Assembly: GCA_040776945.1 (NCBI GenBank)
Contig: JAXGZN010000001.1
Coordinates: 800,001-864,000, forward strand
DNA length: 64,000 nt
DNA from: Methanomassiliicoccaceae archaeon
GTDB taxonomy: Archaea > Thermoplasmatota > Thermoplasmata > Methanomassiliicoccales > Methanomassiliicoccaceae
Direction: 5' to 3'
The notes beneath the pieces were generated by a model. That model searched no databases. It saw nothing but the letters and a program-made list of their open reading frames with translations, and was not told the DNA's origin. Below are positions 40,418 to 50,348 of this stretch, piece after piece. A program made the translations under genes and the position numbers. Positions within the stretch are counted from its first letter, which is position 1. Every line of letters starts with the position of its first letter.

Positions 40418-42481
40418 ATGTACGGTCAGGTGCTCTTTCCGACGCTCATCGGCGCATCCATTGCCGGGGCGCTGTTGGCCATGGCGCTGGGGAGGAGGGA
40501 GCGGCTCTGCCGCATCACCTCGTTCTCAGCATCTGCGGCCGCCTCCTTGATCGGGCTCGCCATCGCCCTCGAGGTCCTGGCCACCGGAAGCGAGGTCACC
40601 TTGACCTTGCCTACTGCGGTGTCGGCCCTAGGGCACTTCACCTTCACCGTGGACCGACTGTCCGCCTTCTTCCTGCTCGCCACATCCTTGCTCGGGCTGT
40701 GCGTTTCTATATACTCTGCCGGCTACACCCAGGAGTATGCTGGCCGGTACAGCCCATCGACGATGGGCGCTCTTTTCAACATATTCCTGCTGAGCTTGGT
40801 CCTGGTCGTCACCGCATCCAACGCCGTTCTCTTTCTCATAATGTGGGAGACCATGTCCCTCAGCTCATACCTCCTGGTGATCTATGAGAACAGGAACCGG
40901 GAGAGCGTGTCCTCCGGACTGCTGTACCTTATAATGACCCATCTGGGCACCGCCCTGATCACCGTGGCCTTCATCATCTTGTGGTTGCACACTCCAGGGG
41001 ACCGCTCCTTCGACTTCTCCGCATTCCGCGGCCTGGGTGCTGGAGCGGTCCCGGACGCCTCCCGGTCCTTGGCCTTCGTCCTCTTGCTGATAGGCTTCGG
41101 CACCAAGGCAGGATTGGTGCCGCTGCACGTCTGGCTGCCGCAGGCGCATCCGGCTGCGCCCTCCAACGTCTCGGCGATGATGTCCGGGGTGATGGTTAAG
41201 ACCGCGGTGTACATGCTCGTCCGCTGCTGCTTCGACTTCCTTGGCGTCGTGGACTCCTGGTGGGGCCTGACCATCTTGTTGGTTGCTTCGGTATCTGCGC
41301 TGGTCGGGATCCTTTACGCGCTCATGGAGGGGGACATCAAGCGGGCCTTGGCCTTCTCCACGGTGGAGAACGTCGGACTGATATTCATCGGGCTGGGGGC
41401 GGCCATGGTGTTCCAATCGTACTATCTCGCTGACCCGGCGGCCAACGCCCAGCTCGCCGATCTGGCCGCCTTGGCGCTGATCGCGGCGCTGTTCCACACG
41501 CTCGCCCACTCGCTGTTCAAAGGCCTGCTGTTCATGGGCGCCGGCTCGGTCATCTTTGCTACCCATACCCGCGACCTGGAGAGGATGGGTGGACTGGCCA
41601 AGCGGATGAAGTGGACCGGGATACTGTTCTTCATAGGCGCTCTGTCCATCTCCGCCATCCCGCCGTTCAGCGGGTTCGTGGGGGAGTGGCTCATGTTCCA
41701 GTCACTGCTCCTCACCCAACATATCAACGATCCCATGGTCAATGTGCTCATCCCAGTGGCCGTTGCGGTCCTTGCTCTTACGGGGGCATTGGCCGCCGCC
41801 TGCTTCGTCCGCATCTTCGGAGCAACGTTCTTGGCCCGGCCCCGCAGTGACCAGGCAGCCGAGGCCAAGGAGGTCCCCCGCCCCATGCTGGCGGGAATGG
41901 GCACCGCCGCCGGCGCTTCGGTGGCCTTGGGCCTCCTGTCCGCCCTCATCGTGCCGATCATCGATGACGTCACATCATCGGTCCTGGGGGTGAGCATATC
42001 ATCGAAACTGGTGAACGGCCTGGTGCTGACGCCACCGGCTGGCGAGTTCAGCAGCATGAGCCCTCTGGTGATCGGCGCCCTGCTGCTTATCGCCGTCCCC
42101 TTCGCCTTCATGGCCTCTCGCCGCCTGGGCGGCCGCCAGGAGGTGGTGCGTGGCGATACCTGGGACTGCGGGACGCCCCTGAGTTCGCGCACGGAGTACT
42201 CGGCTGCCGGGTTCTCGGAGCCGATTAACCGCATATTCCGCTCAGTGTTCAGGCCACACATAGAGGTCAGGACCGAGTACTCATCCTCCATGCTGATAAA
42301 GAGGAAGATCACTTATTCCAGCACCATCGAGCCTCTTTTCGAGCGCCATCTGTACGCCCCCGCGGTAGCGCTGGTGATAGCTTTGGCACGACGCGTCGGC
42401 GTGATCCAGAAGGGCAGCATCCAAGCATACCTCACCTACATCTTCGTGATACTGCTGGTCATGCTGGTGGTGTTCCGATGA
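40418..42481 (+). CDS. hyfB: Ehr/Hyf-like complex antiporter subunit (HyfB/NuoL-M-like)
   Basis: WETMSLSSY, GFGTKAGLVPLHVWLPQAHPAAPSNVSAMMSG, FSTVENVG, HSLFKGLLF, WDCG. Confidence 0.85.
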   Translation: MYGQVLFPTLIGASIAGALLAMALGRRERLCRITSFSASAAASLIGLAIALEVLATGSEVTLTLPTAVSALGHFTFTVDRLSAFFLLATSLLGLCVSIYSAGYTQEYAGRYSPSTMGALFNIFLLSLVLVVTASNAVLFLIMWETMSLSSYLLVIYENRNRESVSSGLLYLIMTHLGTALITVAFIILWLHTPGDRSFDFSAFRGLGAGAVPDASRSLAFVLLLIGFGTKAGLVPLHVWLPQAHPAAPSNVSAMMSGVMVKTAVYMLVRCCFDFLGVVDSWWGLTILLVASVSALVGILYALMEGDIKRALAFSTVENVGLIFIGLGAAMVFQSYYLADPAANAQLADLAALALIAALFHTLAHSLFKGLLFMGAGSVIFATHTRDLERMGGLAKRMKWTGILFFIGALSISAIPPFSGFVGEWLMFQSLLLTQHINDPMVNVLIPVAVAVLALTGALAAACFVRIFGATFLARPRSDQAAEAKEVPRPMLAGMGTAAGASVALGLLSALIVPIIDDVTSSVLGVSISSKLVNGLVLTPPAGEFSSMSPLVIGALLLIAVPFAFMASRRLGGRQEVVRGDTWDCGTPLSSRTEYSAAGFSEPINRIFRSVFRPHIEVRTEYSSSMLIKRKITYSSTIEPLFERHLYAPAVALVIALARRVGVIQKGSIQAYLTYIFVILLVMLVVFR

Positions 42482-43413
42482 TCCTCGAGATCGCCCAGTT
42501 CCTGCTGGTCCTCGGCCTGGCACCCCTGGTAACCGGGTTCATCCGCAAGGCCAAGGCCCTGATGCAGAGCCGACGAGGCCCCAGCGTGCTTCAGCCCTAC
42601 CGGGACCTAAAAAAGTTGATGCAAAAGGGTTCCGTCATATCCAAAGATGCATCCTGGTTGTTCAACATCACTCCGTACGTCTGCATCGCCGCCGTCACGG
42701 TCGCCGCGCTCCTGGTCCCCGTGCTGTACGCCGGCACCTTCGGATTCCTAGGCGACCTCGTGGTCCTGATATACCTATTGGCAATGATGCGGTTCTTCAT
42801 GGCCCTCGCCGCCCTGGACACCGGCTCGGCCTTTGGGGGCATGGGCTCCAGCAGAGAGATGTACATATCCTCGATCGTCGAGCCGACCATGCTGCTGTCG
42901 ATCTTCGCCATGGCCCTGGTGGCGGGGACAACCTCTCTGGCCAGCATATCCCAGAAGATTGCCTCCATCGGCCTGGACCTTGTGTCGCCTGCACTGTTCC
43001 TCGCGGCCGCGGCCTTCTTCATCGCCACCCTGGCCGAGAACTCTCGAGTGCCCTTCGATAATCCAGCGACCCACTTGGAGCTGACCATGATACACGAGGC
43101 CATGCTGCTCGAGTATTCAGGAAAGCAGCTGGCGCTGATGGAGCTGGCATCCATGACCAAACTGGTCGTCTTCCTGGCCATTCTCTCCAACGTGTTCTTT
43201 CCATGGGGCATCGCCGTAGGGTCCGACCCCATCGCGGTGGCCATAGGGGCGCTGGCCTTCCTGATCAAGATCGCCCTACTTGCGCTGGCCATCGCCCTTC
43301 TGGAGTCCTCCATGGCCAAGATGCGGCTGTTCCGTCTGCCGAACCTGCTCACGGCAGCGTTCATGCTTTCCCTTCTGGCTGTCGTATCGTTCTACATCCT
43401 GGGGGTGTCCTGA
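42478..43413 (+). CDS. hyfC: Ehr/Hyf-like membrane subunit (HyfC/HycD/NuoH-like)
   Basis: RRGPSVLQPYRDL, AFGGMGSSRE, ENSRVPFDNPATHLELTMIHEAM. Confidence 0.87.
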   Translation: MILEIAQFLLVLGLAPLVTGFIRKAKALMQSRRGPSVLQPYRDLKKLMQKGSVISKDASWLFNITPYVCIAAVTVAALLVPVLYAGTFGFLGDLVVLIYLLAMMRFFMALAALDTGSAFGGMGSSREMYISSIVEPTMLLSIFAMALVAGTTSLASISQKIASIGLDLVSPALFLAAAAFFIATLAENSRVPFDNPATHLELTMIHEAMLLEYSGKQLALMELASMTKLVVFLAILSNVFFPWGIAVGSDPIAVAIGALAFLIKIALLALAIALLESSMAKMRLFRLPNLLTAAFMLSLLAVVSFYILGVS

Positions 43414-44079
43414 ACGGCCTTCTCCGCCATCACCATAATCGACGGCCTGGCCGCCGCCATCCTCCTGATATCGTTCACCGAGGTGATCGTCAACCGCATG
43501 TCCACGCTGGTGCGCCTGTTCGCACTGCAGTCGACCTCCCTGGGAGCACTGGCCATCACCGTGGCGTTCGAGACGGACGCGGCGCACATCTATGCCGTCG
43601 CCGTCCTGACAATAGGGATCAAGGGCGCGGTCATACCATGGATGCTGATGTACGTGATGAGGCAGATCAAGATCGAGCGGGAGATCGAGCCCATAGTCGG
43701 CATACCAATGGCCCTGCTGCTGTGCGGCGGCCTTACTGTGGTGGCGTTCTACCTCACCCAGCCCATCATCTTCGTCGGCGGTGCCATCGACACAATCACG
43801 AAGAACTGTCTGGCCATATCCTTGGCGGTGGTGTTCATCGGGTTCTTCACGATGATATCCCGTAAGAAGGCCATCACTCAGATCATGGGCCTGCTGACCA
43901 TGGAGAACGGGCTGTTCCTCGCTGCCATCTCCGTTACCTACGGCATGCCGCTGATCGTCGAGCTGGGCATTTTCTTCGACATCCTGATGGCGGTGCTCAT
44001 CATGGGCCTTTTCGCCTTCCGCATCAATAGGACGTTCGCCAGCGTGGACACTACCATCCTCAGGAGGCTTCGGGATTGA
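43414..44079 (+). CDS. hyfE: Ehr/Hyf-like membrane subunit HyfE (probable ACG start; track start 43483)
   Basis: LFALQS, IKGAVIP, QIMGLLTMENGLFL, MPLIVELGIFFD, LRRLRD; first TM helix lies upstream of GTG 43483. Confidence 0.83.
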   Translation, partial: TAFSAITIIDGLAAAILLISFTEVIVNRMSTLVRLFALQSTSLGALAITVAFETDAAHIYAVAVLTIGIKGAVIPWMLMYVMRQIKIEREIEPIVGIPMALLLCGGLTVVAFYLTQPIIFVGGAIDTITKNCLAISLAVVFIGFFTMISRKKAITQIMGLLTMENGLFLAAISVTYGMPLIVELGIFFDILMAVLIMGLFAFRINRTFASVDTTILRRLRD

Positions 44080-45545
44080 TCACATATCTGTTGGTCATAC
44101 CTCTCATCGCCGCGGCCATATGCTACCCGATCCGATCGAACCGCCTCATCGGAGCGGTGGCGGTGACCGGATCTGCAGCGACGCTCGGGATGGCGACCTG
44201 CCTCTCTTACATAGTGTTCACCTCAGGCACGCTGGACGAGGGGTTGCTGTACATGGACGCCTTCTCCGCCTACACTCTCATGCTGGTGTCCATAGTGAGC
44301 CTGGCCGCAACCTTATATTCGATACCCTACATCGGAAAGGAGAACGAGGAAGGGATCATCACCGACCAGAAGCTGAAGAACTACTATCTCTTCCTCCAGG
44401 TGTTCGTGTTCACCATGCTCATGGTGGCCGTGTCCAACAACCTAGGGGTCATGTGGATCGCGATAGAGGCGACCACCTTGGCATCGGCCTATCTGGTTGG
44501 GCTCTATGACCGGGAGACCTCGGTGGAGGCGGCCTGGAAATACTTGATCATTTGCTCTGTGGGCATAACCCTGGCCCTGCTGGGCATCATAATCGTCTAT
44601 GCCTCCTCCATCATAGTGCTGGGAGAGTCGTCCTCGGCATTGGACTGGTCCACGCTCATGGCCGTGGCAGGCTCGCTCGACCCTACCTTGCTGAAGATCG
44701 CCTTCATCTTCATCCTCATCGGATACGGGACCAAGGTCGGCCTGGCGCCCATGCACACTTGGTTGCCGGACGCCCATTCCCAGGCCCCCACCCCAGTTTC
44801 CGCTCTGCTGTCCGGGGTCCTGTTGAACTGTGCGATGTACGGCATCCTGAGGCTCCACATGATCGTTTCCGGGTCGTCCCTCGGAGCGGGATTCTCAGGC
44901 GGTCTTCTGCTCCTCTTCGGCTTCATATCACTGGGCTTCGCCGCCGTATACATAATCATGTCCAAGAACTACAAGCGGATGCTCGCCTATTCCTCCATCG
45001 AGCATATGGGAATAATTGCCATAGGGTTCGGTTTCGGAGGCTACTGGGGCATCTTCGGCGGACTGTTCCACATGCTCAACCATGCGCTTGCCAAGACCCT
45101 GATGTTCCTGGGGGCGGGGAACCTGCACCAAAGGTTCGGCACCAAGGACATCGATAAGGTGCGCGGAGCGCTCAAGGTCCTGCCGGCCACTGGGGCGCTG
45201 TTCTTGGGAGGGGCGCTGGCGATCACCGGTTGCCCGCCGTTCTCCCTGTTCCTCAGCGAGTTCATGGTGCTGGTCGGAGGGATTGGCTCCGGCAGCATCC
45301 TGGGCGTAGCGCTCTACCTTTTCCTGCTGGCTGTTATCTTCGGAGCGTTCCTCTATCATGCGGGCCGCATGATCTTTGGCGAACCCGCCCCGAGCGCCGA
45401 GCCATCGGGAGAGGGGAACAAGGTCGGCGCAGCGCTCATGGCCGCCCTTCTCCTGGCAGTGCTGGCCCTCGGCCTTTACATCCCGGCGTTCCTAAATGAC
45501 GTGCTGCAGCAGATCGTGGACCTTTTCCTGGGAGGGGGCGCATGA
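44076..45545 (+). CDS. hyfF: Ehr/Hyf-like antiporter subunit HyfF
   Basis: WIAIEATTLAS, EAAWKY, GYGTKVGLAPMHTWLPDAHSQAP, KRMLAYSSIEHMG. Confidence 0.87.
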   Translation: MITYLLVIPLIAAAICYPIRSNRLIGAVAVTGSAATLGMATCLSYIVFTSGTLDEGLLYMDAFSAYTLMLVSIVSLAATLYSIPYIGKENEEGIITDQKLKNYYLFLQVFVFTMLMVAVSNNLGVMWIAIEATTLASAYLVGLYDRETSVEAAWKYLIICSVGITLALLGIIIVYASSIIVLGESSSALDWSTLMAVAGSLDPTLLKIAFIFILIGYGTKVGLAPMHTWLPDAHSQAPTPVSALLSGVLLNCAMYGILRLHMIVSGSSLGAGFSGGLLLLFGFISLGFAAVYIIMSKNYKRMLAYSSIEHMGIIAIGFGFGGYWGIFGGLFHMLNHALAKTLMFLGAGNLHQRFGTKDIDKVRGALKVLPATGALFLGGALAITGCPPFSLFLSEFMVLVGGIGSGSILGVALYLFLLAVIFGAFLYHAGRMIFGEPAPSAEPSGEGNKVGAALMAALLLAVLALGLYIPAFLNDVLQQIVDLFLGGGA

Positions 45546-47128
45546 GGGACGGACACCTTCTTTCCGTGCTCCGGGGCCTCCCGTCAGAGATTACCGTCAG
45601 GGTGGACAGCCACGAGCTGGAGGGCAACGATCTCCATCTGGCCGTCCGGCCGGATGCCTTGGTGCTTCTGGCCCGCCACCTACGCGCCGAGCACAAGGCG
45701 GAGCTGGTCACGCTCCACGCTACTGACGATCGGGCGCTGGAGGGCTGCTTCAAGCTCCATTTGGTCATGGGCCTCAAAGGAACGGACGCCTTTGTGTCCG
45801 CCACCGCCCCCCTGGGCCTGGCGGAGTGGAGGTACGAGTCCCTAACCTCCGCCATCAATGACGCGGTATGGTACGAGCGGGAGATGAGAGACATGTTCGG
45901 ACTTGTGGCCATCGGCCACCCGGACCCCCGGCCGCTTAACCTGCACGAGGACTGGCCCGAGGGCAAATTCCCTCTGCGTAAGGACTTCCCATCGGGAGAG
46001 CGCCCTCCCATGGCCAAAGGGCATTACAACTTCACCAAGGTGGACGGCGAAGGCGTGTACGAGATACCGGTTGGCCCGGTGCATGCCGGTGTCATCGAGC
46101 CCGGGCATTTCCGCTTCTCTGTCGCCGGGGAACCGATTATTAACCTGGAAGTGCGCCTCGGATACACCCACCGGGGCGTGGAGAAGCTTTCGGAGTCCAC
46201 ACCCTACGCCAAAGGGGTGTACCTGGCGGAGCGCATCTCAGGGGACAACTCCGTCGCTCACTCCACCGCCTACTGCCAGGCCATCGAGCGGGCGGCCTCC
46301 TGCCAGGTGCCGGAACGAGCGGAGTACATCCGCACGGTGATGCTGGAGTTGGAGCGCCTGTACAATCTATTCGGGGACATCGCCGGCATCGCCCTGGACA
46401 CCGCGCTAAGCGTGGCCGCTGCCAGTGGGTACCTTCTGAGGGAGAGGGCCATGTGCCTCAATGAAAGCCTCACCAGCTCCCGCCTGCTGCGCTCGGTGAA
46501 CGTCCTGGGAGGGGTCCGCAAGGACCTTTCGCCGAACGACCGGGAGAAGGTCCTGGCGACCATAGTCAAGCTCAAGCTGGAGTTCGACGACCTGGTCACA
46601 ATGATGCTCACCTCGCCCTCGATGATGGACCGCGTGGTGACCACCGGGAAGCTGTCCAGGGAGATGGCCACCAACCTTAACGTGGTCGGCCCGGCGGCCA
46701 GGGCGAGCGGGATCGACCGGGACGTCCGCAGGGACCATCCCTACGCCGCCTACGGCAAGCTCGACTTCCTAGTGCCAACCCAGTCCGCGGGGGACGTCAG
46801 CGCCCGGATGAAGGTGAAGATGGATGAGGTGCGGGAATCGTTCTCCCTTATCGAGCAGGCACTGGACTCCATGCCCTCCGGCCCGGTGAGGGCTAGCGTG
46901 GGAGAGGTGCCCCAGGGACGCATCGCCTACTCTCTAGTGGAATCGCCCAGGGGCGAGCTGGTCCACTGGGTCCTGTCAGGAAGGGGAACGCCTGCAAGGC
47001 ACAAGGTGCGGGATGCCTCCTTCTGCAACTGGCTGGCCCTGGAGCAAGCGGTGCTGGGCGACATCGTACCGGACTTCCCGCTCATCAATAAGAGCTTCAA
47101 TCTATCCTATGCCGGGAACGACCTGTGA
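45542..47128 (+). CDS. Ehr large subunit (NuoC-NuoD fusion) lacking the Ni-binding cysteines
   Basis: WYEREMRDMFG, GPVHAGVIEPGHFRF, YTHRGVEK; L1 motif replaced by ERISGDNSVAH and L2 by NKSFNLSYAGNDL. Confidence 0.9.
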   Translation: MRDGHLLSVLRGLPSEITVRVDSHELEGNDLHLAVRPDALVLLARHLRAEHKAELVTLHATDDRALEGCFKLHLVMGLKGTDAFVSATAPLGLAEWRYESLTSAINDAVWYEREMRDMFGLVAIGHPDPRPLNLHEDWPEGKFPLRKDFPSGERPPMAKGHYNFTKVDGEGVYEIPVGPVHAGVIEPGHFRFSVAGEPIINLEVRLGYTHRGVEKLSESTPYAKGVYLAERISGDNSVAHSTAYCQAIERAASCQVPERAEYIRTVMLELERLYNLFGDIAGIALDTALSVAAASGYLLRERAMCLNESLTSSRLLRSVNVLGGVRKDLSPNDREKVLATIVKLKLEFDDLVTMMLTSPSMMDRVVTTGKLSREMATNLNVVGPAARASGIDRDVRRDHPYAAYGKLDFLVPTQSAGDVSARMKVKMDEVRESFSLIEQALDSMPSGPVRASVGEVPQGRIAYSLVESPRGELVHWVLSGRGTPARHKVRDASFCNWLALEQAVLGDIVPDFPLINKSFNLSYAGNDL

Positions 47129-47137
47129 GGTGCTGAA

Positions 47138-47461
47138 ATGCTTAGGTTCATCAAGCTGGGAGTGCTCAAGAAAGGGGTTCAGACCAATGACTATCCGGAG
47201 GAGCGGAGCGTTCCCTGCGACGCGTTCATGGGATTGCCGGAGGTGGACATGGACATGTGCGACCGATGCCTGGATTGCGTATATGCCTGTCCTGTCCAGG
47301 CCATTACGGTGATGCCTGCCGAGATAGAGATCTCCGTCGAGCGGTGCATCTTCTGCGCAGCATGCGCGGAGGCCTGCTCCGGAGCGATCGCCATGGGCAA
47401 GCGCTTCGAACTGGCCTCCCGCACCAAGGAGGGAATGAAGGCGGTGTACCGCCATGGATGA
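47138..47461 (+). CDS. 2x[4Fe-4S] ferredoxin-like subunit (HyfH/NuoI-like)
   Basis: CDRCLDCVYACP, CIFCAACAEAC. Confidence 0.85.
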   Translation: MLRFIKLGVLKKGVQTNDYPEERSVPCDAFMGLPEVDMDMCDRCLDCVYACPVQAITVMPAEIEISVERCIFCAACAEACSGAIAMGKRFELASRTKEGMKAVYRHG

Positions 47462-47915
47462 GGCGACCGAGAGGCTGGGAGAGGAGCTCAAGGGGAGGAT
47501 ACGCGATGCCTTCGGGCGGTCCCTTTCCATCAGGGAAGTGGACACCGGGTCCTGCAATGGATGCGAGGTGGAGGTCAACGCCCTGACCAATGCCGTGCAC
47601 GATCTGGAACGCTTCGGTCTTCGCATAGTGGCCTCCCCCCGCCATGCCGACATGCTGCTGGTGACCGGCCCGGTGACCAGAGGGATGCTCCCTGCGCTAA
47701 TGCAGACCTACAAGGCGACCCCCGCCCCCAAGATGGTGGTGGCCATGGGCTCATGCGCCATATCGGGAGGGATATTCCGAGGTTCTTACGCGACCTTCGA
47801 CGGGGTGGACAAGGTTCTGCCGGTGGACGCCTATATACCCGGCTGTCCGCCCAGGCCCCAGGCCATCATCCAAGGCATACTTCTGGCCTTGGACCGGTGG
47901 GGATCTAGAGACTGA
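47454..47915 (+). CDS. Small subunit (HyfI/NuoB-like)
   Basis: GSCNGCE, SPRHAD, VTGPVT, GSCA, PGCPPRP. Confidence 0.9.
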   Translation: MDEATERLGEELKGRIRDAFGRSLSIREVDTGSCNGCEVEVNALTNAVHDLERFGLRIVASPRHADMLLVTGPVTRGMLPALMQTYKATPAPKMVVAMGSCAISGGIFRGSYATFDGVDKVLPVDAYIPGCPPRPQAIIQGILLALDRWGSRD

Positions 47916-48314
47916 TCACTTCACCACGATGACGGTGCATTTCGAGTTCCGCACCACATACTCGGAGACCGATCCTATGAGAATGCGGTCCATCACCGAC
48001 TTCCCGGAGGAGCCGACGATGATGGCCCCTGCCTTGATCCGCTCGGCCGTGGACACGATGGCCTGATGAGGGGGGCCGCCCTCCAGCAGAGTGGTGATGT
48101 CCAGTCCGCGGTCCGCTCCCCGCTGCTTCAGGTCCTGCAAGACGCTCATCCCGTCCTTGATGACCCTCGAACGCACCGATTCGTTCCTGGAGCTGACCAC
48201 GTACATTATGAAAAGCTTCGAGGAGGCCAACTGGGCCATTTCCATCGCGAGCTCGATGGCCTTGGCCGAATGAGGCTTCCCGTCCGTGGCCAGAAGCAAG
48301 TTCCTTCCCTGCAC
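47916..48314 (-). CDS. Universal stress protein (UspA family)
   Basis: LLLATDG..S, IIVGSSG..ILIGSVSEYVVRNSKCTVIVV; GTG 48314 after GGGAGG (ORF open from 48344). Confidence 0.9.
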   Translation of the reverse strand: MQGRNLLLATDGKPHSAKAIELAMEMAQLASSKLFIMYVVSSRNESVRSRVIKDGMSVLQDLKQRGADRGLDITTLLEGGPPHQAIVSTAERIKAGAIIVGSSGKSVMDRILIGSVSEYVVRNSKCTVIVVK

Positions 48315-48467
48315 CTGACCCTCCCGCGCCGGGGTTCCCTCCATGTAGCCGACATTGGCGACCGAGGTAAAAAGACATCGTTCTCCGGCCCAAAGGCCTG
48401 GAAGCGCCGCATCGTTCCAATGATAATCAATGAGTATAATAATCCTGGAATGGAATAGAGGCGGACG

Positions 48468-50348
48468 ATGAGCGCGGGAGAGCTGTTAGCAGTATTGCTT
48501 TTCCTTGTCCCCATGATCGGAGCGGTGGTCGTCCTGGTAGGCAGGAGCGTGCCGGTCATCAAAGTTACCGTGGCAGCGGTCACGGTGGTGCTGGCCTTAT
48601 CTTCCGTCGGCCTCCTGCTCGTTCTCGCGTCCCGCTCCTTCGCCCCATTGGCCATCGAGGCACAGGCGCTCTACCCCTTGTCCCCGGTCCTGATCGTGGC
48701 CGACCTGGCGCTCACCGCGCTGTTCATCATCATAGGGTGGAGGCTGAGGAGCATGATCATCGCTGCGGCGGCCGCTCTTAACCTGGCGCTGACGGTGCTT
48801 CTCGGAGCATGGACCGGGTTCTCCGAGTCCGATCCGGCGATGCTGATCGACAATCTCGCACTTATCATGGCCCTTATCACCTCCCTCGTCGGCTCGGTGA
48901 TCGCCATCTATTCATTTAGGTACATGCGCGAGGACCCCAGACAACCAAGGTTCTTCGCGGTGACCCTGCTCTTCCTGGGCGGCATGAACGCGGCGGTGTT
49001 CTCCAACGACCTGCTGTGGCTGTTCCTGTTCTGGGACGTGACCACCCTGTGCTCCTTCCTTCTCATCGCGCACGATGGCACAATGGAGGCCAGGGATGCG
49101 GCGAGGAGAGCGTTGGCCATCACCCTGGGCGGGGCCACGGCGTTCATCATCGGAGCGGTGCTCGCTCTGGAGCAGTACGGGACACTGTCCATCTCTGATT
49201 TCCCGGTGGCGGGACTGGGCGGCCTGGCCCTCCTCCCCCTGTCCCTGCTGGCGATAGCGGCGTTCACCAAGTCCGCCCAGCTTCCGTTCCAATCCTGGCT
49301 CCTGCGCGCCATGGTCGCGCCGACCCCCGTATCGGCGCTGCTCCACAGCGCCACGATGGTCAACCTCGGGGTCTACCTTCTGCTTAGGATATCGCCGAGC
49401 ATCGTCAATGCGGCAGCCATTAATTGGCTGGTCGCCTTGATCAGCGGGGCCACCTTTCTCGCCTCCAACATACTGGCCATGACCCAGAGGAACGCCAAGC
49501 GGGTGCTGGCGTGGTCCACCATCGGGAACCTGGGGCTGGTGGCGATGTGCGTCGGCATATCGACCTCGCTGGCGATCGCCGCCGGGGTTATACTGCTCCT
49601 CTATCATTCCATATCCAAGGCGCTTCTGTTCCTGTCCGTGGGCGCGGCCAAGGAAGGCCTTGGAAGCGAGGACATCGAAGCCATGGAGGGCATGCGGGCC
49701 AAGATGCCGTTCGTATCCGCGGCCCTTTTCATCGGCATCTTCACCATCGTCCTGCCGCCGTTCGGGATGTTCGCCTCCAAGTGGATCATCAGCTCCGCGG
49801 CGTTGACGTTCCCGTTGCTCATATTCCTCCTGGGGGTAGGCTTCGCGAGCACGCTGGTCTACTATTTCAAATGGGTCGGCAACATCCTCTCGGCCGCTCC
49901 GGGCAGCCGGCGGGTGACGCTAAGGGCCGACCCCCTGCCCGCCAACTACAAGTGGACGCTCGGCTCGCTGATGGGCGGAGCGATCGTTCTTTCGGCCCTT
50001 ATCGGACCGGTGATACGGTATCTCGTGCAGCCGTTCATCGATCGGCATTTCATCCTGCCAGTTGGAACGAACGACCTTAACATCTTCACTTCGTCCGGGG
50101 AGTTCCCTGTGCTCGTGCTCCTCCTGCTCGTCGGACTGATCTTTGCCGGTCTGGCGATCATAGTACGTCCAGGAGAGGAAGAGATGTCCAAGCCATATGC
50201 CAGCGGGGAGGACTTTGATTTCGAGTCCCGGGGCAACTATTTCGCCTCCGAGGCCGCGGTGATGCAAGGCATCAAGGTATCCGAGGGGGCGGGGGTCCTT
50301 CTCGTGGTCCTGCTCATTGCCTTGCCGATCGCTCTGGAGGTGATGTGA
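48468..50348 (+). CDS. echA: Energy-converting hydrogenase subunit A
   Basis: WDVTTLCSFLLI, TKSAQLPFQSWL..AMVAPTPVSALLHSATMV, first gene of an echA-F order. Confidence 0.85.
   Translation: MSAGELLAVLLFLVPMIGAVVVLVGRSVPVIKVTVAAVTVVLALSSVGLLLVLASRSFAPLAIEAQALYPLSPVLIVADLALTALFIIIGWRLRSMIIAAAAALNLALTVLLGAWTGFSESDPAMLIDNLALIMALITSLVGSVIAIYSFRYMREDPRQPRFFAVTLLFLGGMNAAVFSNDLLWLFLFWDVTTLCSFLLIAHDGTMEARDAARRALAITLGGATAFIIGAVLALEQYGTLSISDFPVAGLGGLALLPLSLLAIAAFTKSAQLPFQSWLLRAMVAPTPVSALLHSATMVNLGVYLLLRISPSIVNAAAINWLVALISGATFLASNILAMTQRNAKRVLAWSTIGNLGLVAMCVGISTSLAIAAGVILLLYHSISKALLFLSVGAAKEGLGSEDIEAMEGMRAKMPFVSAALFIGIFTIVLPPFGMFASKWIISSAALTFPLLIFLLGVGFASTLVYYFKWVGNILSAAPGSRRVTLRADPLPANYKWTLGSLMGGAIVLSALIGPVIRYLVQPFIDRHFILPVGTNDLNIFTSSGEFPVLVLLLLVGLIFAGLAIIVRPGEEEMSKPYASGEDFDFESRGNYFASEAAVMQGIKVSEGAGVLLVVLLIALPIALEVM

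Noticed and set aside
43411-43413. Selenocysteine at the hyfC/hyfE in-frame TGA
   Set aside because: The position is a normal subunit boundary rather than a Cys-equivalent site, and an SD-like sequence precedes the next codon.
45542-47128. Functional hydrogenase-4 / formate hydrogenlyase large subunit
   Set aside because: Both Ni-binding CxxC motifs are absent, so it is called Ehr.
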